Assembly: GCA_013239625.1 (NCBI GenBank)
Contig: MU054541.1
Location: forward strand, 14,985,530-15,049,529
Direction of reading: 5' to 3'
DNA length: 64,000 bases
Source: Lama guanicoe
Taxonomy: Eukaryota
Shown piece by piece: positions 1 to 12,749 of this stretch; position 1 is the first letter of the stretch, and each line of letters starts with the position of its first letter. The notes under the pieces were generated by a model, which was not told where the DNA came from, searched no databases, and saw only the letters and a list, made by a program, of their open reading frames with translations. The position numbers and the translations under genes were made by a program.

Positions 1-1619
1 TTAGTAAAATGACCGTAGTCCGATTTCACGGAAGCAGTGTAGTGAAGACGGCCCATCTGCTGGACTGCAGGTGCCTGTAACAGAGCAGAATGGCCATGGG
101 CTCTTTGTGAAATCAGCCGTGGCAGAAAGTGGGGGCCGGAAGACTCACTTCCTTCACTTTCCCCTTCACAGTTAAGATGCGCGCGTTTAAAGATGGTCCC
201 CGTGCTTCAGAGGAAAGCCGTAATTTGCACGTGGCGCCTGCCAGCATGGCCATTTCTTGAGGGGGTGGCGGGAGGCTGCCGCTGCTGCACGAGCTCCTCC
301 GGGCTTCCTCCTCCCTGGGGAGCCAGGAGGGCCTCAGAGGTAGACAAACGGTGGTCCCATACAGACGTCCCCAGGTTACCTGCCAGGCACGTGTCACCCA
401 CTGCTGCTGCCCGTCCTGCTGGGGGGCAAGAGGAGGCAGGCCCAGGGGCGGAGGGCCACGTGTCCTGGCCACTGCCGAGCCGGCGGTGCATCTGCCGCTT
501 GTGACTCCGAGGCCTGGTTCCGTCCCCTGTCTTGGAGCCAGTTGGCAGTTGGCTTCCCGATGCCAATGCCCACAGCAGATTGTTTAAGGACCAGTTACTC
601 CACCCACCAGGGCAGCGTCCACCTCGTGGCAGGTCTCAAAGGTCTGTGCTGTCCATTATGTGGTGGAGACCAGTAGCAGACAGAGCAGCCAGCTGTCCTG
701 ACGCTGACGTGACACTGCCGTCTGGGGGTCAGTGGAGTCCCTCTGGCGTCAGGCCTTTGCTTCCTGGGTGTCGACTGGAGGGTGTGTTCAGTAACTGGGC
801 TCCAGGGACAGTGCTGAGGCTGCGTACGGTGAACCATCACGTCCTACAAGAGCTCAGGGTCTGGGCAGAGGGCTCCCTGACCCTGTGAGCGCTGAGGAGC
901 ACCGCAGCCGCCACACTGAGCTGGCCCCCGGGAGAGCCAGCCCCGCTGACTGTCTCCTCAGACCCGAAGTGCGGGCCACTCTGTCCAGCTGTCCTCCCAT
1001 GTCCTCTGCAGAATCCTGGAAAGAAATAAGAAAACGTGAGCCTGTCCCTGCAAGCTGCCGCCCTCGTCAGCATAGCCCACACTCACTCCCCGGAGTCCCT
1101 ACCCCAGAGCGATATTCAAGTGTCTAACCACCGATGTGGCGTGGGCACGACCGATCAGAGCAAAAGCTGGCTGAGCTGGAGCAGGACCACAGCCCACCAA
1201 CGCAGATGAGGACCCCTGGGTGGGCCCAGGCCTCCTGGAGGAGGAGGCAGCGTGGCAAAGGGGAAGGGGGGAGGGTGGGAGCACCGGTGGTTTACCAAGT
1301 GTGGAAGGAGTGCCACACTGGACAAGTGTGGCACTTACTGGCTGATCGTCAGCCTTACCCTGTCCCCTGGCCAGACATTCCTGAGAATCCCCAAGAGTCC
1401 TTACACAGATCCTCAGGTGTCTCCTAGGCCCTTCCAGCTTGGGGGCCTGTGGGGGGGTCAGGATTAGGAGATGTGGCGGGGACTCAGTTGAGCAGGAGCA
1501 TGACCTTACTGCCTGACACTGCTGAGTCCGTTGCCCCAACTCCCTCCCACCTGCGCGGCCAGCTCTTCAGACGCCTTCCAGGAGCTCCTGGGCTTCTCAG
1601 GGTAGGGTAGAGCTCCGTT

Positions 1620-2330
1620 GTTTTTTTTTTAAGTCTAGTCAGTTTGCAATGTGGTGTTTCTGGTTAGTTTCTGGTGTACAGCACCGTGATTCAGTTACAC
1701 ATTTATATGTGTATATTCGTTTTCATACTCTTTTTCACTACAGGTTGTTATAAGGTATTGAATATAGTTCCCTGTGCTGTACAGCAGGACTTAGATATTT
1801 ACCTGTTTTGTATATAGTGGTGTGTACCTGCTAATCCCAAACTCCTCATTTATCCCTCGCGCCCTTTCCCCCGGTAACCGTAAGTTTGTTTTCTATGTCT
1901 GTGAGTCTGTTTCTGTTTTATAAATTAGTTTGTTTGTGTCCTTTTTTTAGATTCCATGTGTAAGTGATATCATGTGGAACTTCTCTTTCTCTGGCTCCCT
2001 TCGCTTAGAGTGATGATCTCCAGGCCCATCCACGCTGCTGCAAGTGGCATCATTTCATTTTTTATGTCCAAGTAGTAGTCCTTTGTATAGATGTACCGCG
2101 TCTTCTTCGTCCAGTCACCTGTCAGTGACATTTAGGTTGCTTCCACGTCTTGGCTGTTGTAAGTGGCGCTGCTGTGAACGTTGGGGGGCGTGTTTCTGTC
2201 CGAGCTGGAGCCTCCCCGGGTGCACAGCAGAGCTCCCCAGCGTCTGGGGTCCCCTCGCCCTCCGAGGCCCCGCCAGGCGCTCTGGTTTTGGTGGTGGCTT
2301 TCTCTCGGTGTCCCCCTTGGTGCTCTTTCC
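1620..2330 (-). mobile_element. L1 3' end (ORF2 C-terminus/3'UTR), antisense, progressively GC-shifted toward its right end
   Basis: Poly-T at ~1620 is followed by typical L1 antisense 3' sequence (ttagtttctggtgtacagca, aatatagttccctgtgctgtacagcagga, tttagattccatgtgtaagtgatatc, tttaggttgcttcca). It is alignable by eye to the copies at 33.0-33.7 kb and 49.3-50.1 kb. Confidence 0.85.
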
Positions 2331-5300
2331 AATGTGCCTTCAGCGTGGGGAGGCAGAGGGGGCCCGGGGATCAGCCGTGCTGGTTGACCCTGCCATTGTT
2401 GAAGGTTGCGGGTCACCTCCAGAGGGCTCCCACGCCCTGGGAAGGTGACGGGCTGCCAGCCGTCTGACCCCAGGTCCCATCGGGGTGGGAGCAAAGGCAC
2501 CCCAGGCGGCCGTGCGGACGTGAGAAGTGGCCCTGCGTGGCCTGGCGTGGGAAGGCGCTGGGCTTGCAAAAGCAGCTTGTGGGGGAGCGTGTGCGCTGGC
2601 TTCCCATGTGTGTGCTTCTGTCGTCTGCCCCGACTCCGTGCACGCGGCGGAGGCAGGGCGGCGCCAGCCGGAAGCTGCGGGGCGGGGGGTGGCTGGGGAG
2701 AGAGTTCTGGAGCGCCCGGTCCCGGGGCGGGGGGCGGGCGGAGCGGGAAGCTGCTTGCGTCCCCTGGGGGCACTTGCTCCTCCCAGACTTCTTCACACCA
2801 GAAAGTGTCAGACTCAGCCTGGGAGGTTTTTAAAGAGACCGGTAAATCACATTTCACAGGCCTGAGTTTTACAGAATTACAAGTGCGTCTCCTGGTTCAC
2901 ACTCTGGAAACGCTTCAGTGTTGGGTGTCACCTCTTTGGTGCTGGGACCCCAACTCAGGGTCTGCTGGGTCTGCGGCTCTGGAGATTGTGGATCTGTTAC
3001 AGTGACGGCCGTCTGAGCTAAGGCTCCTCCCACCTTGAACTCCACACAGACAGGAACATGTCAAATCAAACAGCAGCGTGGTGACCGCGCTCTGTGCTGT
3101 CCTCCGATGAGCGACGAAGCAAAACCCGGCAAAGCACCATGAACCCGCAGGTCTCCAGAAGCAAGCTGTCCGAAGCGGTGGGTCACCTAACACAGCACCC
3201 GTCTCCTCCTCGGAGCTTTTCTGCTGCGTTTACCTTCTCAGTTACCTTTGCCTAAAGCAGCTATTTAAATGAGAGCTAGTTCACTCCGACCCTGAAGAAA
3301 GTGTCCTTGAAGGGACAACCAGCACAAAGCAGCCTGATCACGTGAGGTCTGTCAGCAGCAGTCCCCGAGCAGGCGGCACATGGTCAGGAACTGGCTGGTC
3401 ACGGCAGCACCCGAGGATGTGCAGCCTTGGCCGAGGCCTCACCTGGAGCTGATCACAGCGGTGCTGGGGCCCCAGCCTGGCCCTGGGCTGTGGGGACCCA
3501 GAGCACCACGGGCAGGGCTGAGGGGCAGCTGAGCCCCGGCAGGAGCGTGACCTTTGACGGACATGCTCCCTGGTGGTCTGCCTGGGCTCTTGTTGTCAAG
3601 GCCCCGGGGACGTGCCAGGTTTGACTCTGACGTGACGCCTGGGTCCAGGAAGGGCTTGGGTCCTGAGTTGCTGGTGCTGACCTGCCACGTGGTCGCTGTC
3701 ATCTCACAGGGCCTTGTTTACGCAGTTTTTACCACCAACCCCGGGGATTCAGGCCACCGGCTGGCAGACTGTGTGCCCAAGGCCCCAATGTGGCCAGCTC
3801 TGCGCCCATCCCCAGGGTGGAGGGCAGTGGGTGAGCGTGGCGGGGGGACAGCTAGCACCTGTCTCGTGATGGCTGACCCTCTGCTCCCCCGAGCAGCATC
3901 CAAACCAGCAGGCAGAAGTCATCCACGAGCGCCCTCGCCTCCAGAGAATAGGTGTGCGGGGACAGGAGGACACATGCCAGCCTGCGGTAGCAGTGTGGCA
4001 TTCAGCGCAGCGCTGTAAGGCGTGGCGATGCCCCCTCCCCACCTGGTCGTCCAGTCCCTGCTCTGCCTTCGGGAAGGGCTCTATCCAGGTGGAAGGCATT
4101 AGCCCTGGGTTCTGTTCCGGGAGAAGTATTCACTCCCTGGGGGAAAAACTGACAGTCGTTTAATAGTAATAATAAACACCCTCCCTGAACCCCCTGAGAT
4201 CAGGGAAGCAGAGGCAGGGGAGTGAGGATGTCACCCCACGTCCCCCCACGTCCCTAGTGAGAAGGTCCGGGGGGCCGGGCCACGTGTGTCCAGGAAGCGG
4301 GCCCTATGCTGTGGGCCGTTGCCACGTGTGTGGGGCAGCGGGGCCCACAGCTCTCTGAGGGCCATTGAAATGGTTCCATTTCCTTTACTCTCATGGCCTG
4401 GGAAATGAAAGGAAGAAGCCGTCACATTATGGGCTTTTTTTTTTTTAACCAAACCTCAGGCATGCAGAAAAACTACGGAATGGTCCAGAAATCTGACAAC
4501 AGTGGATAAAAGGGCAACCATGTAATTCATCATCTGAACCGGGACCTTGAGGAGAAGGAGGCCCTGTTAGCTGTCACACTGGGACCCGGGGCGGGAGCCG
4601 CACGTGTGGCCTCGCCGATGAGAGCACACACGCTTGCACCCGGCTTCTCCCCGTCCCTACAGGCGAGGATGGAACACAGTTACTGTTCAGGGGGATGCAA
4701 GGTTTAGGGGGCCATCTGAATTTGTTCTTCACTCTGCCAGGAGCATCACAGGGGAGACAGAGGTCAGCCCCCCACCACCGCCATCCACACCGGAAATAGC
4801 CAGTGTCTGGAATTCAGGGCTCACAGAGCTGAGTGGAGATGGGGCACGCGGGCAGGGGAGCACAAAGAGACCCCTCCCTGGGTTCTTAAACTGACTTTTT
4901 TAGCCGTGGACTGAGTTTTCACAGATGCCATCTGAGTGCCTCGGGCGTTCTCCCCTCGCACAAATTGATGGCAGAATTACAAGGAGCACTGTTACGTTAC
5001 CACACGTGAACATTGTGAAGAACAGCTCAGGCTCTGAAGCCGACAAAGGAAAGACGCATGTGCCTCGAGAGCTATTTTTAGAGGAAGACCATGTGACCTG
5101 TCTCGTTAAGTTTGGGTTTCATACTACAGCTTGTTGCCAAACAGAAAAACTGGGGGAAATTATATATAATTTCATGAATCTCTTTCTCACTTTGCTTCTT
5201 TAAAAATTATTAGGACACATGAAGTGTGGTAAAAATGGTCTGTCTGAAAAGTGTTGGTCATGGCATGTGACTGGCCTGTGACTGGGCTGTGACAGGGACT

Positions 5301-6229
5301 CGGCGCTGGGATCTCAGCAGAGGCGTTACCGTGCGGGTGGCAGGCAGCGTGGGACGTTGTCTGACGTTGCTGTAGCCATTGCGGGGCGGAGGAGGGGCAC
5401 AGGCGATCAGCTCGCCTTCCACGGCGCAGGCAGGCGCGTGGCAGGGGCAGAACCTGCAGGGGACCTGTCAGGTGTGGCCATCCAGGGAAGAGTGATATCG
5501 CTAAGGCATGCCTCACAAGCTGGGGCGTCGGGCGGCACCCTAAGGCCCAGGACAAATACCGTGTATCTTCCTGAAGGGCCTGAGTCACTGGGCAACTTGA
5601 GGAAACATTTTTATACTAAAATGAGTGTAAAAAAAATATGTTATGGAGCAGAATACGTCAGTTACGTGAGGATCAGCAGGAGACTGCAAAGAGACGTTCC
5701 AGTCACGGCAGCCCCGGGCCAACCCCCAGCCCCATGGGCATGAGTTTGTGAAGGAAACACTGCTTCTGGACAGCAGAGCCTGGTTTCGAACTCTCTTCTA
5801 TTCTGTTCATTTCTCTCTTTTAACTGTATCCCCAAAATGCTTTAATATCTTCCTCTTCTCTATATGTTCTTTCTTATTCTTGACTTCATATTCAGTTAAG
5901 TAAGCATTAAAGTCATTTTCTCAAGTATCTCCAAAAAATCCTGTTGGGATTTTTATTATCATTGTGTTAAATATAATTTGGCAAAAGACTGACATTTTTA
6001 TATGACTCAGTCTTTCCATGAACAGGGTATATATATCATTTTATTCAAACTTATTTTGTATTTCTAAGTTTTGCAGTCTTTTTAAAAATCACACACATTC
6101 CCTATTAAGGTTACCACCGAGACGTTGCCTCTTGCCCGTGAAATGGAAGGGCACGTCCATTTGAGCGATTTCAGCCCTTCCAAATACAGAAATGAAGCAC
6201 CTGTGAAAGCCAGAGAACTAATGCTGATC

Positions 6230-6345
6230 TGATCTTCTTCACAAAGTTGTTGTGAGAGTAAAAGAATTAAATACTTCCAGTTAATTGATTTAATTGGTTG
6301 GGTGCTTAGAAGAGCACCTGGTATACAGCAGGTGCTCATTACATG
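6230..6345 (+). mobile_element. MIR SINE 3' fragment
   Basis: ttgttgtgagagtaaaagaattaaatac...gtgcttagaagagcacctggtatacagcaggtgctcattacatgt resembles the MIR 3' consensus. Confidence 0.55.
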
Positions 6346-8879
6346 TCCCTGTTGCTTTCATCATGATCATCGATGTTTAGTAGTCATAGCGTTATCATCA
6401 TTACGAGCATCAGCATGATCACCACAGTGGCAGAGGCATGGATAGTCGCTGTCCCCCTTCGGGCAGGGACTCCTCCCTGCTTGGGGGGTTTGCCGTCCTC
6501 AGGGAAGAGAGCAGGGACGGTCCACCCCTCGGCTTCACCAGTGTAGCCGGATGTCCCCGTCTGTCCCTGTCTGTCCACAACTTTCCAGTGCCCGGGGCAC
6601 ATCCTTCTGGCTCCAGGCTGCTCTGAGCTGCTGGCAGCATCACGGGCCCTCCTGGACGGAAGCAGGGCCCTCTGTCCCCGAGAGCGCCCGAGTACTGCCC
6701 AGAAAGCTCGAGCTCAGCAGCAGCTGGAGGTCTCAGGCATCCCTGGCACCCTCTCCACAGTGTGGGTGGGTTTAATAATTAAAGAATCGTAGATGCTTAC
6801 AGCTGAGGGTGAGGGGCCTTCAAGACCTCGAGGTCAGGATCTGAGACCTGTGGCATTGAACTTGACAGCAGATGGGCCGCGCACGTGAGTCACATTTAAC
6901 GAGCTCTGCCCGCATGCCAAGTACTATTCTCATTGTATCCTCCCAGCAGCGTGAAGACGGCTGAAAGATTTGGGCCCTAGGAAGTATCTGGGGCAGTCGG
7001 TACTTTTTCGTCAAGTCTCGTATCTCAGCTGATTCCCACAGCGCCACCGTGTAACGCTCAGGACGCAGCCCCACCGCTGCCTCCCCACCGCCCACACCCT
7101 GGCGACTGCGCCCAGGTGCACTGCGTCTGAGTCAGGCTGAGATGCGTTCCGAGGAGACGTGCGCCGCTTCAGATGAGGGCAGCAGCGAAGACCTGAAACT
7201 GGGGCCACATTTCATTTCTCTGCGTCCCACTCCGCTCCTTCCTCCCCAGCAGGATTTTTGTCTAATGAGTCCCAGAGCTCATCAGTTTCTCTGAGCCATC
7301 CAGTCATCCTGTCTACTTGCAGTTGAGTAATCTGTGTATTTTTCTAATGGAATCTAATGCCAACTCCCAAAGTTGATACGGTGAAAGTGCGGCCGGCTTT
7401 AATGACCAATTTACTCATGGTCATTTTCTGGTGTGGCCAGTTCGGGGCCCCAGAGCGACTGCAAACTGAAGTCACTAATTGCAGTTCCTTACCTCCACTG
7501 ACCACGTCCTTCACCTGCAGCTTAGAGTGACGGTTCTGCCATTAGCATCGCAGCATCCGTCCCAGGCCAGCCCCCCGAGGTGAGCTGACAATTTTACAGC
7601 CCAAATAAATGCGACAGAACCGTTACACAAACATTCATGGCCTCATCTTGATAGCCCTCGAGATAACTTTTCAATATTTCCTCCCTGTGTGAACTGAATG
7701 TTGCCCGTACCTCTTCTGTAACTGCTCAGGGGTGATCCCTTATAGCCCTGGGTTATAGCTTTAAACCCTCTGCTGGGCCGAATTTAAATCACATGATTTT
7801 GCTTACCCATGAGCGAACGTTCATGTTATAGCCAGTGGCTTCTCGCTTTCTTTATTGACCTGCCTTTATCAGTTCCACATTCCCACCAGTAGCTCACCCC
7901 CAAAGTGCCGCGTGGTCACTTGGAGGTCAGGGTTTAGAACTAGTGGAGCCTCATAACCAGGGGTAGCAGATGCTGGTATTTCTAGTTGTCAGGTTCTCAC
8001 TGCGCCCAGTCCGTGAAGGCAGCCGAGCCGGACAGAACGTGGACCCTCCTTCCTCCTGCTCCCCGTCGGTCACTGACGTTCATGCTGAGGAGCCAGACAC
8101 AGGCATGGGGTGGCAGTAGAGTGCCCTGTGACTCAGTGTCCCTGCTGAGTGAGGGGAGGACATGTGTTCCTTCTGCGGTGTGGTGAACACACTGCCGAGC
8201 CTTCCAGCAGCCCATCAAGGGCAGTGTTGGTTGTCAGGGAAATGCACATTTTTGGAAAGTAGTTTCGCAAGATCAAGAACGATAAAAATATTCATACCTG
8301 TGTACCCAAGAATTCCATGTCTAGAAGCCTTTTATGAGAAAAAAAGATCAGAGATGCTGTAAAAGACTTACACATAAGAATGGTAATCGCATTACCATAC
8401 GTGGAAATTCTGTAAACGTTCATTCTATGAGAATGATTAAGTAAATTATGGCACCTCTATACAATGGAACTTTATACAGTAATTAAAAATATCCTTTCAA
8501 GGAGTATTTAATGTCATAAGGATATAAAGTTAAGTTTAAAAAAAAGCAAGTTATGATACGATTCCAAGTTTAAATATTCTGTTTGTCTGTATACACACAT
8601 ACATTTTAAATCTGTAAGTGAATTAAAAGACTAGACAGGAAAAAAAATGCTGAAAGATTAGTAGCCCCATACTCTACAGCAAACATTGAGGGAGAGATCT
8701 TTGTAAGTCCCCTGTAGTTTTGTTTAAACTTTAGAAACTTCCAGACTATCTGTCAGTGGCACCTCCCCAGGTGATAGGAACATTGTTTTCACTGATCCTA
8801 GGACGCAGCTCACCTCCTTGTCTGCAGGGACCTTTTCATCATGAGTCATATAGTCTACAATTAAAATTCACAACATGCA

Positions 8880-9310
8880 TTCATATCAGTCAGGGTTTGG
8901 TTTCGTTGTGTATAACAAGAAACCCAAACAACTGTAGCTTTAAAAACGTGGAGGTTTACTTTTCTCTCATGTGAAAAAAAAAAAAAAGAAAGTTGGAAGT
9001 AAGCTAGCCGTTTGGCCCGTATGGTGGCCCCATGGTCATCCAGAACCCAGGCACCTCCTTCCTGCCTCAGTAGCTTTAAAAACGTGGAGGTTTACTTTTC
9101 TCTCATGTGAAAAAAAAAAAAAGAAAGTTGGAAGTAAGCTAGCCGTTTGGCCCGTATGGTGGCCCCATGGTCATCCAGAACCCAGGCACCTCCTTCCTGC
9201 CTCTCATCTTCAGTGTGTGGCTCCCACATCAAACTTAACCTCATAGTGCTAGATGGCTGCTGACGTTCCAGCCATCCTTCAGGTGTATATTCCAGGCAGA
9301 AAGGAGGAAA
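8880..9310. mobile_element. ERVL-MaLR LTR (MLT1J/K-like) containing an internal tandem duplication
   Basis: Motifs gaggtttacttttctctcatg, cagaacccaggc, agatggctgctgacgttccagccatc and ttccaggcagaaagg resemble MLT1 consensus. Confidence 0.6.
8934..9203. repeat. Near-perfect direct tandem duplication, ~135 bp x2
   Basis: 8934-9068 and 9070-9203 are identical except for an A-run of 14 vs 13 nt, and are separated by one base. Confidence 0.95.
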
Positions 9311-12030
9311 AATGGGGAGAGCCCTTTCCTCTCTGCTGTCTTTGCTCCGATTCCTTCTCTTGTCCACCTGACAGCAGATCTGCTGTCAGCCAGGACTGTG
9401 GGACCCAGGGACACAGTGTGCGTGGGTCGCCTGCCCTGCTGTTGAGGGGCTCCCAGAGCAGAGGGACAGAGACGGGACAGGCAGACACGAAATGAGCACA
9501 TCACCTCCCACAGGCCCCGTGCACAGACCACCCAGGTGGTCCAGGCAGGTTGCAGGGAGAGGGGACAGCCGGCTTCACGAGATCCCTCCCGGCTGCTGGG
9601 AGCCGGCAGGACACATTAGGAGGAAGAGAGCCGGCCCCCCCGGAGGCAGCAGGAAGCCCATTATACCTCCCATCACTGCGGCACATCCATTCTTGTCTCT
9701 GTCCGCAGTGATGTCCCCTGGCTGGGTTCCCCAGCTGCCTTTTGTCCCATGTAGGTGCCACACTAGCTCAGGGACCTCGCGCGTCTTTCTTTTGACGTCT
9801 GCCAACTTTGCTGAGGGTCCAAAGACCGTTGGAGCAGCAGGGGACCGTGAAGCCCAGCTAGGAGTAGCCAGGGCGCTCGTGCTCCAGGTGAGGGCGCTGA
9901 GGCCAGAGGCGGGGGTGGGTGGTGTCACGGGTGATCGGCAGAGCCAGGGCTACAGCCAGGGGGTCCTGCCTCCCACACTGGGCCCTTTCAGGGCACCACC
10001 TTCTCTACCCACGTGTCAGAACATAAGGAACACGCGGGTCGACGCTGGGCCATTCGGGGACACGGCTGGGACCGGAGCTGTCTGAGACTGGGCGGGTCCT
10101 ACGTCCAGGACAAGCGTCTTAGTCCCAGAAGCTGAGCTTTAGAAGGAGCCCGTCTGGCCCCACCTCTGTCCCCACCTGCACTGCCTGCTCCTCACAGCTT
10201 TCCCATCCATCTCTGAACAGCCCGGAGCCCTCCTGACCCCCACTTGCCCCCGGAGCCAGGAGAAAACGATGAACCCAGGTGGGCCCTCCCAGAACATGGA
10301 ATTTCAGACGCTTCTTAGAGCGGTTCCTGATGAACCTCCAAGACCAGTTAAATATAAAACCAGCTCCCATCAGGGAACTGACCATTTGAGCTGTTATATA
10401 AAATTATCTTTATTAACTACTTTAATATGAGGGTGAGAAATACAGTTTTAAATAAATGAGATCCATAGCATTGTTTTAAAAAAAATCAAAATAATGATTC
10501 CTTTTTCTTTTAAAATCGTTGGTATTTAACCTGAAAGTCAGTGACAGTGGTCCATTTGTCTGTGGAGTCGGTATGTGACAATAAAGCCACGTGATACCCC
10601 GCATGGAGGACACCGCTCACCGTCCTCTTCTCCATGGTCAGTAGTCTCGGCCTCAGCTCACCCAGCAGCTTCTCAGGTCGTCAGGCTGACGAGCCCCTGT
10701 GCTTGCTCCTCGTAATTGTCACGGGTCCTTAGAGACCCCATCCGTGAGCTGGAGGTGGTTTGTGACTATTCAGTGTGGTGCACAGCATCCACGCCCACCC
10801 CGTCCACGTGCATCAGAAGCCACGTGTGTTCTTACGCTGATGGGAGGAAGGAAGACCAAGGACACGGGAGCAAAGCTCGTGGCTCCAACTCTTGTAGGAA
10901 TGAATGGTGCTGGGGTTTTCATCTCTTTCTTTAATTAAGGGATTCACTTGAAATTAACAGTACCTGCGTGATCCTCCTCACTCCCCTCATCTCCACTCTG
11001 TCCGTCCGCTTCCTTTCTAGACGACGTGTCTGCTCCCACCTCTCCCCTCCCCCCGACCCCACCTCAGTGCTTGTGAGTTACCGGTGCTCCTGGCCACCAG
11101 GGCACTTGCTGCAAGTGGGACCTGGGAGACCCAGCAAAAGGCACAGGGACGGCCTCCTGGGGCTGTCAGTGAAAGAGCACCCCGGGACCTTGGTGGTGTT
11201 GACATAACCCCCTTTCCCGGGCCGCCAGTCTAAAGCAGAGCATCAAGGCAGGAGGGAGAACCAGCGAGGGTCTCGATGCTGACCCCCGGCCACGCTGGGT
11301 GGCTTCTCTAGCCTCTGGGCGATTCCCTCGTTTGCTTAAAGAACAGTCACCCCAAATTACCCATAGTGGGTGGCCAACTGCTCTGAAATGCTTTCTTCAC
11401 CTCTTCTTCCTGGTCCTAAGAAAGTGTCAACCAGGAAGTGCGTTTAGAGGAAAAATTATGACAGAGGATCCTTTGTTGCAAAGGAGGGACCAGGCTGTGG
11501 CTCCAGCATCCCCCGGGACAGTGGGAACTTTTGGGCACTGACAGAGACACGTCCTCAAGAAGGACCCTGAGAAAGGAAAGGGTGGGGGAGAGGGGCGGGG
11601 AGGGAGTGAACAGTGCCGTCCACGGGGCTGCTTGCGTGGCCCGTGATGCGATGCCTCTCCCGCCCACACGTGGGCAGAGCTCATTGACGCCTCATGGTGA
11701 GAGCCTGTCCTGACGGAAGAAATGGTCCTAAAGGCGGGACGTCCTGCTGGGGGAGGAGTGGCTGTGCACACAGCTGGGTGGCTCAGGGGGCCTGGTGGGC
11801 AGTCTCACCTGCTCAGGACGGCAAACAGGAGTGAGTGGGCATCTCCCCTTCTCACAGCGAGGAGAGTGGGGTAGACGGTGCCAGGAATTAGCCAGCGCAG
11901 TCTGGTGTCTGCACGCTGCCCCTCGGTGCAGTTCCCAGGATGGCCTGCAGCAGCGCCTGTCCACACCGAGACACTGGAAGTGCCTTGCTGAGCTTTAGCA
12001 GCTGACGGAGTCCCTGGTTCCTGATCCGTG

Positions 12031-12048
12031 TCTTCTCTTTGCCTCCAG
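12031..12048 (+). other. LYRM4: Splice acceptor (polypyrimidine tract + CAG) of the LYRM4 last exon
   Basis: tcttctctttgcctccAG lies immediately before the coding sequence at 12049. Confidence 0.9.
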
Positions 12049-12117
12049 GTCCACATCGGCCAACTGTATTCGACTGACAAGCTTATCATTGAGAATCAAG
12101 AGAAGCCCAGGACCTAG
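12049..12117 (+). CDS. LYRM4: LYR motif-containing protein 4 (ISD11, NFS1 partner in mitochondrial Fe-S cluster assembly), terminal coding exon
   Basis: Translates in phase 0 as [22 protein letters not shown], matching the LYRM4 C-terminus (human [22 protein letters not shown]). It has a canonical acceptor and the expected synteny with PPP1R3G. Earlier exons lie outside the window, so 1-12048 is intronic. Confidence 0.95.
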   Translation, partial: VHIGQLYSTDKLIIENQEKPRT

Positions 12118-12446
12118 GGAGTGGGACCCGCCGCCGTGGACCACCCTTCAGCATCCATCCTGCTTGGCTCGGGGGCTCCGCGCAGACCACATGTGGCCTC
12201 CTGCATCAGCTCTAAATAGCCCCTGGCTCTGCCCGCCCTCTGGGATCTGACAGACTGAGCGAGGTTTCCATTCTTCCACAGCCAGAGTGCAAGGGGCAGC
12301 CGTCTCTCCATGGGTCCAGTGTCAAGAGGAAGAGCTGGGCTCCTCAGAAGAACGCTGTGTATGATTGTGTCTCCTCCACCCGCCCCTCTCGCAGCTCCTC
12401 AGCCCTTGTAGAGAGCATTTCCAGACTTTGTTTCTTGGTCCTTGAC

Positions 12447-12452
12447 AATAAA
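12447..12452 (+). terminator. LYRM4: Candidate polyadenylation signal of LYRM4
   Basis: AATAAA ~330 nt after the stop codon. Confidence 0.65.
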
Positions 12453-12749
12453 CAGAATTATCTCCTGAAAAGCCTTCTACACCAGACACATTCGGTGTGA
12501 TAAATGCACTTTCATTTCCTGCTGCTGCCGGGCCAGGAAAGGGCGGTGGGGGGGCCGGCAGGGACGGTCCAACCCGTTTTGCAAAGGCAGGTCCAGGCAC
12601 CTGTAGAGATTTGGGGGCAGCAGGGAGTAGGGCAGGACTGAAGAGGTAGAGGGCGCGCCCTGCGGTGGAGGCCTGGGCCCCCCCGTGCACCCACAGAGGT
12701 GGCCGCGTGTGGGCGCACACCTGGGGGCAGGTGCCTACCACCTGCTGCT

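Noticed and set aside
113-11999. Numerous 60-240 aa ORFs in the LYRM4 intron
   Set aside because: Expected by chance in GC-rich intronic DNA, with no recognisable protein motifs.
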